In this document: positions 13,388 through 23,395 of the stretch, piece by piece
Layout: each line of letters begins with the position of its first letter
How positions within the stretch are numbered: the first letter of the stretch is position 1
Source: Pseudomonadota bacterium
Lineage (GTDB): Bacteria > Pseudomonadota > Gammaproteobacteria > Burkholderiales > Rhodocyclaceae
Reading direction: 5' to 3'
Assembly (NCBI GenBank): GCA_040754195.1
Contig: JBFMDJ010000025.1
Span: 85,346-149,345 of the forward strand
DNA: 64,000 nt
The notes under the pieces: generated by a model
What the model was told of the DNA's origin: nothing
What the model saw: the letters and a program-made list of their open reading frames with translations, nothing else
Database searches by the model: none
Made by a program: the position numbers and the translations under genes

Positions 13388-14374
13388 TTATTCCGCCGCG
13401 AAGTCGAGGTTGCGCGCCCGGCACATCGAGGCCAGCACCTTGTTCTCGATGTCGAGCTTGCGCCGCATCAGCGCCTGGGCGACGGCGGCGCGCAGCTCGA
13501 AATCCGTCCACGGCTTGGCGAGGTAGCAGTGGATGTGGGCGAGGTCGACGGCGGCGATGACGTCTTCCATGCCGGCGGCGCCCGAAAGCAGGATGCGCGC
13601 GCAGTCGGGCTGCTTCTCGGCGAAGATTTCGAGCAGGCGCACGCCGTCGAGTTCCGGCATCTTGTAGTCGGCGACGACGCAGGAAAACTCGACGTTCTCC
13701 ATCATGCGCACGGCGTGCGCCGGCGAGGTGCAGACCTGCACGCTGATCTGCGCGTCCTCCAGCGAGACGACGCGGCCGTGGCCGACGTCGGCGCGCATCG
13801 CGGCGAACACGTCGTCGAGCCGGCTGCGGTGCGTCAGGTCGCGCGCCACCGCGTGGCAGACGTTCTCGTCGTCATCCACGACGAGGATCTGGTCGACCGC
13901 GCCGGACTCGACCGGCAGCTCGATGCCCTGCTTGCGCAGCACGTCGGCCATCTGGCGGTTGCGCCGGGCGGCCTGGCGGAAATCGACCGCCTGGCCGATC
14001 GAGCTCTTGAGGAAGTAGCTCGTCCAGGGCTTGGGGATGAATCGGTAGATGTGCGTCTCGTTGATCATGCGCACCAGCGCGTCCATGTCGGTCTGTCCCG
14101 ACAGCACGAGGCGCGCGCAATCCGGCTGGATCTCGTAGAGCGCCTTGAGGAAATCCAGCCCGGTCATGCCCGGCATGCGGTAATCGGAGATCACCACGGC
14201 AAAGTCTTTTTCCCGCGCCCGCGCGAGCGCCTGGGCGGGGTCGCTGAAGCCTTCGACGGCATAGCGGTAGCGCCCCAGCGGCGGCGTGTTCAGCTCGCGC
14301 CGGATGGCATTGACGATGTTGGGTTCGTCATCGACGACCAGGACGGCAAATTCGGGACGTTCTGCGGTGGTCAT
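13388..14374 (-). CDS. Tandem double-receiver (REC-REC) protein with no output domain
   Basis: Two complete REC domains: VVDDE/ISDYRMP/LSG/PKPW and VVDDD/VADYKMP/LSG/AKPW. Confidence 0.88.
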   Translation of the reverse strand: MTTAERPEFAVLVVDDEPNIVNAIRRELNTPPLGRYRYAVEGFSDPAQALARAREKDFAVVISDYRMPGMTGLDFLKALYEIQPDCARLVLSGQTDMDALVRMINETHIYRFIPKPWTSYFLKSSIGQAVDFRQAARRNRQMADVLRKQGIELPVESGAVDQILVVDDDENVCHAVARDLTHRSRLDDVFAAMRADVGHGRVVSLEDAQISVQVCTSPAHAVRMMENVEFSCVVADYKMPELDGVRLLEIFAEKQPDCARILLSGAAGMEDVIAAVDLAHIHCYLAKPWTDFELRAAVAQALMRRKLDIENKVLASMCRARNLDFAAE

Positions 14375-14428
14375 GGGCAGGCCTCTCTCGATACCAAGCG
14401 CAAGGCCCCAGTATAACCATGTCGCGTT

Positions 14429-14443
14429 GCGACATTCGGTCGC
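14429..14443. promoter_or_regulatory. RegA/RegR/RoxR-like box between the REC-REC gene and tonB
   Basis: GCGAC-ATTCG-GTCGC matches the GCG(G/A)C-N5-GTCGC consensus and is overlapped by the inverted repeat ATGTCGC-GTT-GCGACAT (14419-14435). Confidence 0.55.
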
Positions 14444-14507
14444 AGGCTAGGTTTCCGGCCTGCGCGGGTGGATAATCCGCCTTGCCCCTGTTCCGTCCTT
14501 CGTTCAC

Positions 14508-15194
14508 GTGTCCATCGACAGTCGTTTCGCCCCCCCCTGGTCCGATCCTTTCGCCGCGTGCGAGTCGCCGGCGCGGCGCGCCCTGCGCTTCGCCGCCGTG
14601 TTCGGCCTGCACCTGGCGGTCATCCTCGGCGCGGCGGAACTGGCCGGCCGTCCCGAGACGCGCGCCGCCGTGCAGGAAATCTTCGTCCGGCTGGTGGAGC
14701 TGCCGCCGCCGGCCCCGGAACCGCCGGCGCCGCGGCCCGTCCAGACAACGTCCAAACCTCAGCCCGTGGTGAAAAAGCCCGTGCCGCCCCCGCCGGTGCT
14801 GACAGCGGCAGAGGCAGCGCCGGCGGCGCCGGAAAGTTTCGCCGTCGCCCCGCCGCCGGCGCCGGCCGTCTCCGCGATCGCGCCCGCGCCCCCGGCGCCC
14901 CCGGCACCCGTGACGGCGGCACGCTTCGACGCCGACTACCTGCACAACCCTCGCCCCGCCTACCCATCCTCCTCGCGCCGCCTCGGCGAGGAAGGCACGG
15001 TCGTCCTGCGCGCGCGCGTCGGCGCGGACGGCAGCCCGCTCGTCGTCGAACTGCGCGATTCGAGCGGCTTCCGCCGTCTCGACGAAGCGGCGCTCGCCGC
15101 CGTGCGCCGCTGGCGTTTCGTGCCCGCCCGCCAGGGCGATCGGGCCATCGAATCCTGGGTCGCCGTGCCCGTCGTCTTCAAGCTGGAGTCCTGA
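14508..15194 (+). CDS. tonB: Energy transducer TonB
   Basis: N-terminal TM with His (FGLHLAVIL), Pro-rich linker, C-terminal PAYPSSSRRLGEEGTVVL...RRWRFVPA. GTG start is approximate. Confidence 0.88.
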   Translation: MSIDSRFAPPWSDPFAACESPARRALRFAAVFGLHLAVILGAAELAGRPETRAAVQEIFVRLVELPPPAPEPPAPRPVQTTSKPQPVVKKPVPPPPVLTAAEAAPAAPESFAVAPPPAPAVSAIAPAPPAPPAPVTAARFDADYLHNPRPAYPSSSRRLGEEGTVVLRARVGADGSPLVVELRDSSGFRRLDEAALAAVRRWRFVPARQGDRAIESWVAVPVVFKLES

Positions 15195-15196
15195 CC

Positions 15197-15916
<720 letters not shown>

Positions 15917-15924
15917 GAAGCAGC

Positions 15925-16341
15925 ATGGCATTCGGCTCCTTCAACGAGGGCGGCACGCCCCAGCCGATGGCGGAGATCAACACCACGCCGCTGGTCGACG
16001 TGATGCTGGTACTGCTGGTGATCTTCATCATCACCGCGCCGCTGTTCCAGCAGGCCGTGCCGGTCGACCTGCCGCGCGTGGACAGTACGCGCATCGACGA
16101 GAAGCCGCATACCATCCAGCTGGCCATCGACGCCACCGGCATCACGTTCTGGAACGGCGAACCGGTGGCGCGCGCCGGACTCGACGCGCGCTTCGCCGCC
16201 GCGCGCGACCTCGATCCGGAACTGCACCTGCGCGCCGACCGCGCCACGCGCTACGAAACCGTGGCCGACATCATGGCGGCCGCGCAACGCGCCGGCATCG
16301 TCAAGATCGCCTTCGTCACCGAGGCACCCGCCTCGCACTGA
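15925..16341 (+). CDS. exbD: ExbD/TolR subunit
   Basis: EINTTPLVDVMLVLLVIFIITAP; LRADRATRYETV. Confidence 0.93.
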   Translation: MAFGSFNEGGTPQPMAEINTTPLVDVMLVLLVIFIITAPLFQQAVPVDLPRVDSTRIDEKPHTIQLAIDATGITFWNGEPVARAGLDARFAAARDLDPELHLRADRATRYETVADIMAAAQRAGIVKIAFVTEAPASH

Positions 16342-16343
16342 AT

Positions 16344-16375
16344 GCGGCACGTTGCCGCATGCGACCCCGTGTCGC
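16344..16375. promoter_or_regulatory. Two tandem RegA/RegR-like boxes upstream of the TonB-dependent receptor
   Basis: GCGGC-ACGTT-GCCGC (16344-16358) and GCGAC-CCCGT-GTCGC (16361-16375), both with N5 spacing. Confidence 0.55.
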
Positions 16376-16444
16376 ACATTCCAAGCCTCGGCCAACCCTA
16401 GCATTCGTTCCTTCGAAAGTCGTTCCATTTCAATCCGATACGGA

Positions 16445-16458
16445 TTGATTTGTATCAA
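16445..16458. promoter_or_regulatory. FNR/DNR-family binding site
   Basis: Perfect TTGAT-TTGT-ATCAA, 14 nt before the receptor ATG and just upstream of the AGGAGG RBS. Confidence 0.75.
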
Positions 16459-16472
16459 TTCAGGAGGAGTGC

Positions 16473-18752
16473 ATGACAACAAGAAAACCAGCGGCCCTGC
16501 TGTCGGGGGCCTGCGTCGCCGCGTTGCTGAGCGGTGGCGCGCCCGCACAGGAAACCCTGCTCGACGAGGTCCGGGTCACGTCCACGACCATCGACGACCG
16601 CTTCCTCGGCAAGCGCGGCGAGCCGGCGACGATGCACGACATCAGCGGCGCGACGGTCGATCAGAAGCGTCCGGAGAACATGATCGAGATTCTCCGCACC
16701 ATTCCCGGTGTCACCGCCGACCTCTCCTCCGGCGACGAGATCAAGATCAAGTTGCGCGGCATCGAGAACCAGCGCTACATGGGTGAAAAGCCCGGCGTTG
16801 CGATCGTCATCGACGGCGTGCCGGTGTTCGAGCGCACGGGCAAGGTGAATATCGACCTCGACAACATCGAGTCGATCAAGGTGATCAAGAGCGGCGCTTC
16901 CTACCTGTTCGGCGACGACGCGCTGACCGGCGCCGTGATCATCACCACCAAGCGCGGGCCGAAATACGCGGGCGTCACGGTGTCCAACGACATCGGCGCC
17001 TGGGACTACAGCCGCCAGCTGGCGCGCGTCGGCTTCGCCGGCGACTGGGGCAGCGGGCACGTGCAGGCCACCGAACGCGCGGGTGACGATTACTACTGGC
17101 AGTCGGGCTACCGCACCGCGAACATCGACGGCAACCTGCGCCTCTACCTTTCCGACACTTCCGACCTGACGGTCGGCTTCGAGCAGTCCGACCGCATGAA
17201 GGACAAGCACGGCTCGGTCAAGGGCGCAACCCAGGCCATCAACGATCCCATGGGTACCGTCGGCCGGGACTACACGCGCAAATACGACGTCAACTTGCAG
17301 AAATTCCACCTGACCTACGCCAACGATCTGACACCGTCTTCCAACCTGCTGGTGAGCGGCTATGAATACGAGGACCGCACCTACTTCTGGTCGTCCCCGC
17401 AGCGCAACGACGCCAACGGCCGGACCATCAGCGACTCGACGCCCGGTGCCCAGGATCTCTACACCACCGCCAACAACTACAACCAGACGCAGCGCGGCAT
17501 CAAGGCGGAATGGCGCACGCACGCGGGCAGTACCGGCTGGCTGGGCGGCCTCGACCTGCGCCGCAACCGCTACAAGAACTACAACACGGCCAAGGTCGAC
17601 TATTGCTCGCGCGGCGACTTCGCCCCGCCTTACAACTGCAACGGCGGCGCGGACCTGGTGACGGCGGGCACGGTGCTGACCAACAACACCACGGACGAGG
17701 CTGTCGATGCCGTCTATGGCGAATTCAAATACCTGCCGGCGCCGCAATGGACACTGACGCTGAACGGCCGCTACGACACGATCGGACTCGACTTCGCCTC
17801 CGGCGCGACGAACGAGATCGCGACGCCCTTCAGCCGCAGCAAGTCCTTCCATTTCGCCTCCTGGCGCACCGGGGCGAACTACGCGGCGAGCAAGGCGGTC
17901 GACTGGTTCGCCAACATCTCCTCCAGCTTCCGCGCGCCGACCACCGACCAGCTCTACAACGGCAGCCTCTCGCCGACGGGTGGCAAGACCCTCAACAACG
18001 AAAACCTGCGGCCGGAAAAGGCGCTCAACTTCGAGCTGGGCCTGCGCGCCCGCACCGCGCTGCTGGGCATCGCCGCGGAAGTCGAAGCGGCCGTGTTCCA
18101 GATCGACCGCAAGGATTTCATCCTCGCCACCAACGGCCAATACAGTACCAGCACGACGACCGCGCAGCAGATGTACGACAACATCGGCGGCGTGCGCAAC
18201 CGCGGCCTCGAACTGGCGCTGAAGACCGACCGCAAGCGCGCTTTCACGCTCGACGCGGCCTACACCTACATCGAGGCGAAGTTCACGCAATACGACAATT
18301 TCAACCTGACGCTGGGCAACCCCTACGTCGCCAGCCCGACGCTGGTGGCCTACGACAACACCGGCAACGACGTCCCGCGCGTGCCGCGCCACCAGCTCAA
18401 CCTGATTTTCGGTTGGCAACCGGACGACCGTTTCCGCCTCGCGCTCGAGATGGACGGAAAATCCGGCGCCTGGGCCGACGAGATCAACCAGGAACGCTGG
18501 CCGGGACGCACGCTGTGGCACTTGTCGGCCAACTACGATATCCAGGAAGTCGGCTTCCTCGGCGCGAAGTGGTCGCTGTTCGCCAAGATCAACAACCTGT
18601 TCGACAAGCGCTACTGGTCGGCCGCGCGCGGCACCAACGACGCCTCCGACTACCTGACCGGGGCCTACGACGGCGTCTATAACAGCGAGGACCTGTCGAT
18701 CGTCGTCGGCAAGCCGCGCAACTGGATGGCCGGCATTGCGGCAACCTTCTGA
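16473..18752 (+). CDS. TonB-dependent outer membrane receptor, substrate unknown
   Basis: Signal peptide, TonB-box-like DEVRVT, plug motifs (LRTIPGV, IKLRG, IVIDGVP), INNLFDKRY and terminal Phe (GIAATF). Confidence 0.93.
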   Translation: MTTRKPAALLSGACVAALLSGGAPAQETLLDEVRVTSTTIDDRFLGKRGEPATMHDISGATVDQKRPENMIEILRTIPGVTADLSSGDEIKIKLRGIENQRYMGEKPGVAIVIDGVPVFERTGKVNIDLDNIESIKVIKSGASYLFGDDALTGAVIITTKRGPKYAGVTVSNDIGAWDYSRQLARVGFAGDWGSGHVQATERAGDDYYWQSGYRTANIDGNLRLYLSDTSDLTVGFEQSDRMKDKHGSVKGATQAINDPMGTVGRDYTRKYDVNLQKFHLTYANDLTPSSNLLVSGYEYEDRTYFWSSPQRNDANGRTISDSTPGAQDLYTTANNYNQTQRGIKAEWRTHAGSTGWLGGLDLRRNRYKNYNTAKVDYCSRGDFAPPYNCNGGADLVTAGTVLTNNTTDEAVDAVYGEFKYLPAPQWTLTLNGRYDTIGLDFASGATNEIATPFSRSKSFHFASWRTGANYAASKAVDWFANISSSFRAPTTDQLYNGSLSPTGGKTLNNENLRPEKALNFELGLRARTALLGIAAEVEAAVFQIDRKDFILATNGQYSTSTTTAQQMYDNIGGVRNRGLELALKTDRKRAFTLDAAYTYIEAKFTQYDNFNLTLGNPYVASPTLVAYDNTGNDVPRVPRHQLNLIFGWQPDDRFRLALEMDGKSGAWADEINQERWPGRTLWHLSANYDIQEVGFLGAKWSLFAKINNLFDKRYWSAARGTNDASDYLTGAYDGVYNSEDLSIVVGKPRNWMAGIAATF

Positions 18753-18764
18753 CGGGAGACGGAG

Positions 18765-19631
18765 ATGAAAGGTTTTCTGATTCCGCTCGGCCTGCTGGCG
18801 GCGTCCGCCGTCGCGGCCCAGCATGAGCATCATGGCGCGCCGGATGCCCCGGCGGTGCGTCCGGCGGCACGCGCCTGGACGCAGCAGCCCCTGCTGCTGC
18901 CGGCGCGCGCCACACGCGGCGAACGGGCGCAGGCGCGGCTCCAGCCGCGGGGCATCGCGCCGGCGATCCTGACGGTATTCGCGCCGGAAGGCCATGCCGC
19001 ACAGCACAAGGCCGATTATCCGGTCGCTCCTGAAGGAGCGAAGATCGCGCCCGCCTCCCCGAAAATCGGCAATTACCACTGGGTCGTCGCGCGCGAGGAG
19101 ACGCCGGAGGCCGTCCGGGTCGCCTCGACCGCCTGGTATTTCGGCAATCCCGGCGACTCGCCCGTGGATCTTCTGAAGATTCCGAGGCACGAACTGGAGA
19201 TCGTGCCCGACCCGCTGCCGCGCGAGCATGGCAGCTACCGCGAAAGCGAGAAATGGCGCTTTCTGGTGCGCTGGAACGGCGCCCCGCTGACCGGCCAGCC
19301 TTTGACGCTGGAGACCGAATTCGGCACCCGCACGCGCTTCGTCACCGACGCTTCCGGCCGCGCGGTCGTGCTGTTCCCGCGCGACTTCGGGCCGGCGGAG
19401 GATGCGCCCGACGGCGGGCATGGCAGACGAACAGGCAAGTTCGTGCTGTCCGCGGAAAAGGAGGCCGATGGCCGGCGTTACCTGACCGCCTTCAACTACA
19501 GCTATGGCCAGGATGCCGACCGCGACCGCAGCCTCGGCTGGGGCGCCGCCTTCGGCCTGATCGGCATGCTGGCGGCGATGCCGCTGCTGCGCAGGAAAGC
19601 CGCCACGCCAGGAGACGCGAAAAATGCCTAA
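18765..19631 (+). CDS. Exported protein with a His-rich N-terminus and a C-terminal TM anchor (DUF4198-like, metal-uptake associated)
   Basis: Signal peptide followed by QHEHHG; RFLVRWNGAPL...FVTDASGRA resembles DUF4198; C-terminal hydrophobic helix then RRK. The family call comes from recall, not a search. Confidence 0.6.
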   Translation: MKGFLIPLGLLAASAVAAQHEHHGAPDAPAVRPAARAWTQQPLLLPARATRGERAQARLQPRGIAPAILTVFAPEGHAAQHKADYPVAPEGAKIAPASPKIGNYHWVVAREETPEAVRVASTAWYFGNPGDSPVDLLKIPRHELEIVPDPLPREHGSYRESEKWRFLVRWNGAPLTGQPLTLETEFGTRTRFVTDASGRAVVLFPRDFGPAEDAPDGGHGRRTGKFVLSAEKEADGRRYLTAFNYSYGQDADRDRSLGWGAAFGLIGMLAAMPLLRRKAATPGDAKNA

Positions 19632-20697
19632 AACTCTGTTGGCCCTGTTTCCCACCCTCGCGCGCGTCCGCCTCGTGGTGCAACTCGCCATGCTGTTCGT
19701 GACCGTCTATGGCAGCGTCTTCGTCGGCACCTACATGGCCGACAAGATCTCGAACAACCTGCCGGCCCTCTCCTGCGCCTACGACCAGATGAACGGCGGC
19801 TACTGCGTGCTGATTCCCACCCAGCACATCATCCACCACCGCATCGGCGAGGCGCTGGTACGCGCCCAGCAGCTCACCTTTGGCATGGTGCTGCCGCTCT
19901 TGATGTCCTTCGCCGCCTTCTTCGCCTTCTTCTTCGTGCTCGGCAAGGCTTTCTGCGGCTGGGTCTGTCCGCTCGGCACGCTGCAGGAACTGATCGGCAA
20001 GATCGGACGGCGCTTCGGCATCGGCCTGCGCCGCTTCGAGGCCGGCGATCTCGGCGCGGCGCGGCGCGCGCGGCCGGTCAAGTGGCTGCTCCTGCTCGGC
20101 CTCGTCTTCCTGCTGCCGCTGCTCACCGGGCTGGGCGTGACGCCGCATTCGATGGGCAACCCCTACTGCGACATCTGCCCGTCGCGCGTGGCGACGACGC
20201 TGCTGACCGGCAACACGGAACAGCTCGCCCTGCGCCTCGGCGACAACGTCAGCTTCGGCCTCGGCGCCATCGCCAACCTGCTGATCGGCTTCACGCTGGT
20301 CGGCGCGCTGGCGATTCGCCAACCATTCTGTCGCATCTGCCCGCTGCTGGCCTTCAATGCGGTGTTCCAGCGGCTCTCGCCGATGCGGCTTGCCAAGCAA
20401 AAGCATGAAAGCTGCGAAAAGTGCGGCGTCTGCACCGAGGCCTGTCCGATGGACATCCCGGAGATCGCCAGGGAAGAGGGGCGCAAGGCCTACAACGAGG
20501 ACTGCACGCTGTGCGGCCGCTGCGCCGAATACTGCCCGCAGGACGGCGTCATCCAGCTCAAGTGGGGGCCGTTCGCGCTGTTCGCGTCAAGCCGCGAGTA
20601 TTACAAGCGGCGCGTCAGGGCCGAACTGCCGGACGGCACGGTGAAGCCGGTCCGGTTCGCGAAGGCCGCCGCCAAGCCATCCGCAGCCGATGCTTGA
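19624..20697 (+). CDS. Membrane polyferredoxin of the NapH/MauN/CcoG type (2x[4Fe-4S] plus CxxxCP motifs)
   Basis: FCGWVCPLG, YCDICP, FCRICP, CEKCGVCTEACP, CTLCGRCAEYCP; several TM helices. Confidence 0.85.
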   Translation: MPKTLLALFPTLARVRLVVQLAMLFVTVYGSVFVGTYMADKISNNLPALSCAYDQMNGGYCVLIPTQHIIHHRIGEALVRAQQLTFGMVLPLLMSFAAFFAFFFVLGKAFCGWVCPLGTLQELIGKIGRRFGIGLRRFEAGDLGAARRARPVKWLLLLGLVFLLPLLTGLGVTPHSMGNPYCDICPSRVATTLLTGNTEQLALRLGDNVSFGLGAIANLLIGFTLVGALAIRQPFCRICPLLAFNAVFQRLSPMRLAKQKHESCEKCGVCTEACPMDIPEIAREEGRKAYNEDCTLCGRCAEYCPQDGVIQLKWGPFALFASSREYYKRRVRAELPDGTVKPVRFAKAAAKPSAADA

Positions 20698-21364
20698 GGA
20701 TCTCGCCGCCGGGCAGGTGACGCTGGCGACGGTCTGGCTGCTTGGCGTGTCGATGGGTCTGACCGCCTGCACCGTCACCTGCCTGCCCTTCATGGGCACC
20801 TGGGCGCTCGGCCGCGCCAGCGGGCAGCGCGAGGCCTTCCTGCACACCGGCGTGTTCCTCGCCGGCCGGGTGGCGACCTACACCGTCCTCGCCGCGCTCG
20901 CCGGCGCCGCCGGACTCGGCCTCGCCAAGGCGCTCGGCGGTGGCTGGGGCAATGCGTTCATCGGCGTGGCGAGCATCGTCGCCGGCCTGTGGCTGCTGCT
21001 GCGACCCGCGAAGTCATGTGCCGCCGTCCCGCCGCGGCTGACTTTTCAGGTCGTTCGCGTCCGGCGCAAACGCGACAGCCTGCCGCCGCTCTTTCTCGGC
21101 GCGGCGCTCTCGCTCACGCCCTGCACGCCGCTCGCCTCGCTGCTCGCGCTCGCCGCCCACGCCGGCGGCGCGGCACAGGGCGCGGCCTACGGCCTGGCCT
21201 TCGGCCTCGGCGCGGCGATGACCCCCTTGCTCGTCATCGTGCCGCTGGCCGGCCATCTGGGCCGCGAAGTGCGCGCCGGCCGCGCCTGGCTGGGCCGCTG
21301 GCTCCTTTGGGGCGCGGCGGCGGTGCTGATCCTGCTGGGCCTGAGACGCCTGATGCTGATCTGA
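20690..21364 (+). CDS. CcdA/DsbD_2 (TauE/SafE-like) membrane thiol protein
   Basis: About six TM helices; MGLTACTVTCLPFMG and LSLTPCTPL Cys motifs. Confidence 0.72.
   Translation: MLEDLAAGQVTLATVWLLGVSMGLTACTVTCLPFMGTWALGRASGQREAFLHTGVFLAGRVATYTVLAALAGAAGLGLAKALGGGWGNAFIGVASIVAGLWLLLRPAKSCAAVPPRLTFQVVRVRRKRDSLPPLFLGAALSLTPCTPLASLLALAAHAGGAAQGAAYGLAFGLGAAMTPLLVIVPLAGHLGREVRAGRAWLGRWLLWGAAAVLILLGLRRLMLI
21022..21046 (+). repeat. Dispersed 25-nt motif copy, inside the DsbD_2-like CDS
   Basis: CGCCGTCCCGCCGCGGCTGACTTTT, encoding AVPPRLTF. Confidence 0.85.
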
Positions 21365-21366
21365 GC

Positions 21367-21390
21367 CGCCGTCCCGTCGGAGCTGACTTT
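21367..21390 (+). repeat. Dispersed 25-nt motif copy, intergenic, abutting the sigma54 promoter
   Basis: CGCCGTCCCGTCGGAGCTGACTTT. Confidence 0.85.
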
Positions 21391-21391
21391 C

Positions 21392-21407
21392 TGGCACGTC
21401 GCATGCT
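21392..21407 (+). promoter_or_regulatory. Sigma54 (-24/-12) promoter for the AAA+ ATPase gene
   Basis: TGGCACG-TCGC-ATGCT with exact GG-N10-GC spacing, about 90 nt before ATG 21495. Confidence 0.6.
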
Positions 21408-21494
21408 TTGCAATCCCTGCACTCAACGGAAGTCATTTCCGACCGTTACTGTCATGTAAGAGGGTCTCGTCGTCACAACCCAAGGAGAACCGCC

Positions 21495-22463
21495 ATGGCC
21501 GCCACCGAACTCCGCATCCCGCTCGCCGATGTCCGCAGCGTCTATTGCGTCGCCGACGTCGAAAAAGCCATGGAAGAACCTTCCGCCGCGAAGAACGAAT
21601 CGCTCGCGGCCTTCTACGAGCGCATGAAGAAGCTGGGCGGCACGCGCTTCGTCATCAAGCCGTCGTCGGCCGACGCGCTCGATTCCCTGTATGACGACTG
21701 CCCGAATTTCGCCGAGGTCATCGACGACCTGAAAAAGTCGCTGGCGCTGGCGGTCTGCGGCAACGAGCCGGTGCATTTCGCGCCGATGCTGCTACTGGGC
21801 GAGCCGGGCATCGGCAAGACGCATTTCGCGCGCGCCCTCGCCCACGCGCTGGGCACCGGCTACGAGTTCGTGCCGATGAGTTCGCTCACGGCGGGCTGGA
21901 TTCTTTCCGGCGCCTCAAGCCAGTGGACCAACGCCAAGCCGGGCAAGGTGGCGAGCACGCTGGTGGGCGGCGAGTTCGCCAACCCGCTGATCGTGCTTGA
22001 CGAGGTCGACAAGGCCGGCGGCGACAGCCGCTACGACCCGATGGGCGCGCTCTACGGCCTGCTCGAGCGCGACACGGCGCGCGCCTTCAAGGACGAATTC
22101 ATCGAGGTGGAGATGGACGCCAGCCACATCCTCTGGGTCTCCACCGCCAACGACGACAGCCACCTGCCCGAGCCGATCCTCAACCGCATGAACGTCTTCG
22201 AGGTGCCGCGCCCCGACGAGGCCGGCGCCTGGCGCATCGCCTGCCGGCTCTACCGCGAGATCGTCGCCGAACATGACTGGGGCTTCCCCGACGAGCCGCC
22301 GGCGGACGTGATGGAAATTCTTGCCGGCCTGCCGCCGCGCGACATGCGGAAAAGGCTCATGGCCGCCTTCGGCACGGCGAAGCTCGACGGACGTTCGGAA
22401 CTGCGCCGCGCCGATCTCGATGCGCCGCGCGGCAAGGGCGCGGCGCGGCGCATCGGTTTCTAG
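21495..22463 (+). CDS. Stand-alone Lon-like AAA+ ATPase with no protease domain
   Basis: RBS AAGGAG before ATG 21495; Walker A GEPGIGKT, Walker B IVLDEVDK, PILNRM arginine finger region. Confidence 0.85.
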   Translation: MAATELRIPLADVRSVYCVADVEKAMEEPSAAKNESLAAFYERMKKLGGTRFVIKPSSADALDSLYDDCPNFAEVIDDLKKSLALAVCGNEPVHFAPMLLLGEPGIGKTHFARALAHALGTGYEFVPMSSLTAGWILSGASSQWTNAKPGKVASTLVGGEFANPLIVLDEVDKAGGDSRYDPMGALYGLLERDTARAFKDEFIEVEMDASHILWVSTANDDSHLPEPILNRMNVFEVPRPDEAGAWRIACRLYREIVAEHDWGFPDEPPADVMEILAGLPPRDMRKRLMAAFGTAKLDGRSELRRADLDAPRGKGAARRIGF

Positions 22464-22498
22464 CGACGGCGCACCACGCGGGTGCGGCACGCACCGAT

Positions 22499-23395
22499 TC
22501 AGTGTCGGTGCAGGTGCTGGCGCATCGACAGCGCCGCGCCCAGCCAGCCGAGCAAGGCGGCGGCGGCCAGCAGCAGCGCGCTGTCGGTCGCGGCCAGCGG
22601 CGCCAGCGCGATCGCGAAACCGTAGAGCTCCGCCAGCTCCGCCACCGGCAGGCGCAGCCAGAGGGTCGCGCCCGCGACGATCAGCCAGGCGGCCACGCCG
22701 CCCATCAGCCCCAGCAGGGCGCCATACCAGAGAAAGGGGCGGCGGATGAAGGCGTCGGTGGCGCCCAGCAGGCGGCTGACTTCCACCTCGGTCTGGCGCG
22801 TCAGCACCTGCAGGCGGATGGTGTTGAAGGTGATGGTGACGAGGCCGATGCCGAGCAGCGCGGCCAGCAGCAGCACGCCGTTGCGCGCCAGCCGGACGAA
22901 GGCCGACAGGCGGCGCGCCCAGTCGGCATCCACCTGCACGTGCTCGACCTCGCGCCACTCGCGCACCGTGGCCGCCAGCCGTTCCATGGTCGCGGGCGCC
23001 TCGTCGGCGGGCGTCACGACGACGGCATCGGGGAAGGGGTTCTGCGGCAGCGCGGCGATGACGTCGGCCAGTCCCGCGTCGGCCTGCATGCGCTCCAGCG
23101 TGTCCTCGCGCGGCAGCAGCCGGGTCGCCGCGACCTCGGGTTGCGCCTTGAGGCGCGCCTCGACCGCCTCGGCGCGCTTGCGCTCGGCATCGACGGGCAG
23201 GAACACCGTCAGCTGCGGGGTCGTGGTAGCACCCCGGCTCAACGCGGCAACATGGGTCAGCAGCAGTTGTCCGCCGGCCGGCAGGGCCAGCGCGATGCCG
23301 ATGCCGAGCACCGACAGCACGGTGTTGAGCGGCGCCGTCGCCAGCCGCGCCAGCGCCAGCCGGATGGCCTTCCAGTGGGCTGCGAGCCAGTTCAT
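22499..23395 (-). CDS. ftsX: Cell division ABC permease FtsX
   Basis: PLNTVLSVLGIGIALALP; TFNTIRLQV...EVSRLLGATDAFIRRPFL. Confidence 0.92.
   Translation of the reverse strand: MNWLAAHWKAIRLALARLATAPLNTVLSVLGIGIALALPAGGQLLLTHVAALSRGATTTPQLTVFLPVDAERKRAEAVEARLKAQPEVAATRLLPREDTLERMQADAGLADVIAALPQNPFPDAVVVTPADEAPATMERLAATVREWREVEHVQVDADWARRLSAFVRLARNGVLLLAALLGIGLVTITFNTIRLQVLTRQTEVEVSRLLGATDAFIRRPFLWYGALLGLMGGVAAWLIVAGATLWLRLPVAELAELYGFAIALAPLAATDSALLLAAAALLGWLGAALSMRQHLHRH

Noticed and set aside
16455-19691. 1078-aa antisense ORF over the TonB-dependent receptor
   Set aside because: Mirror frame of a strongly codon-biased gene with no recognisable domain. The same applies to the other long antisense ORFs in the track.
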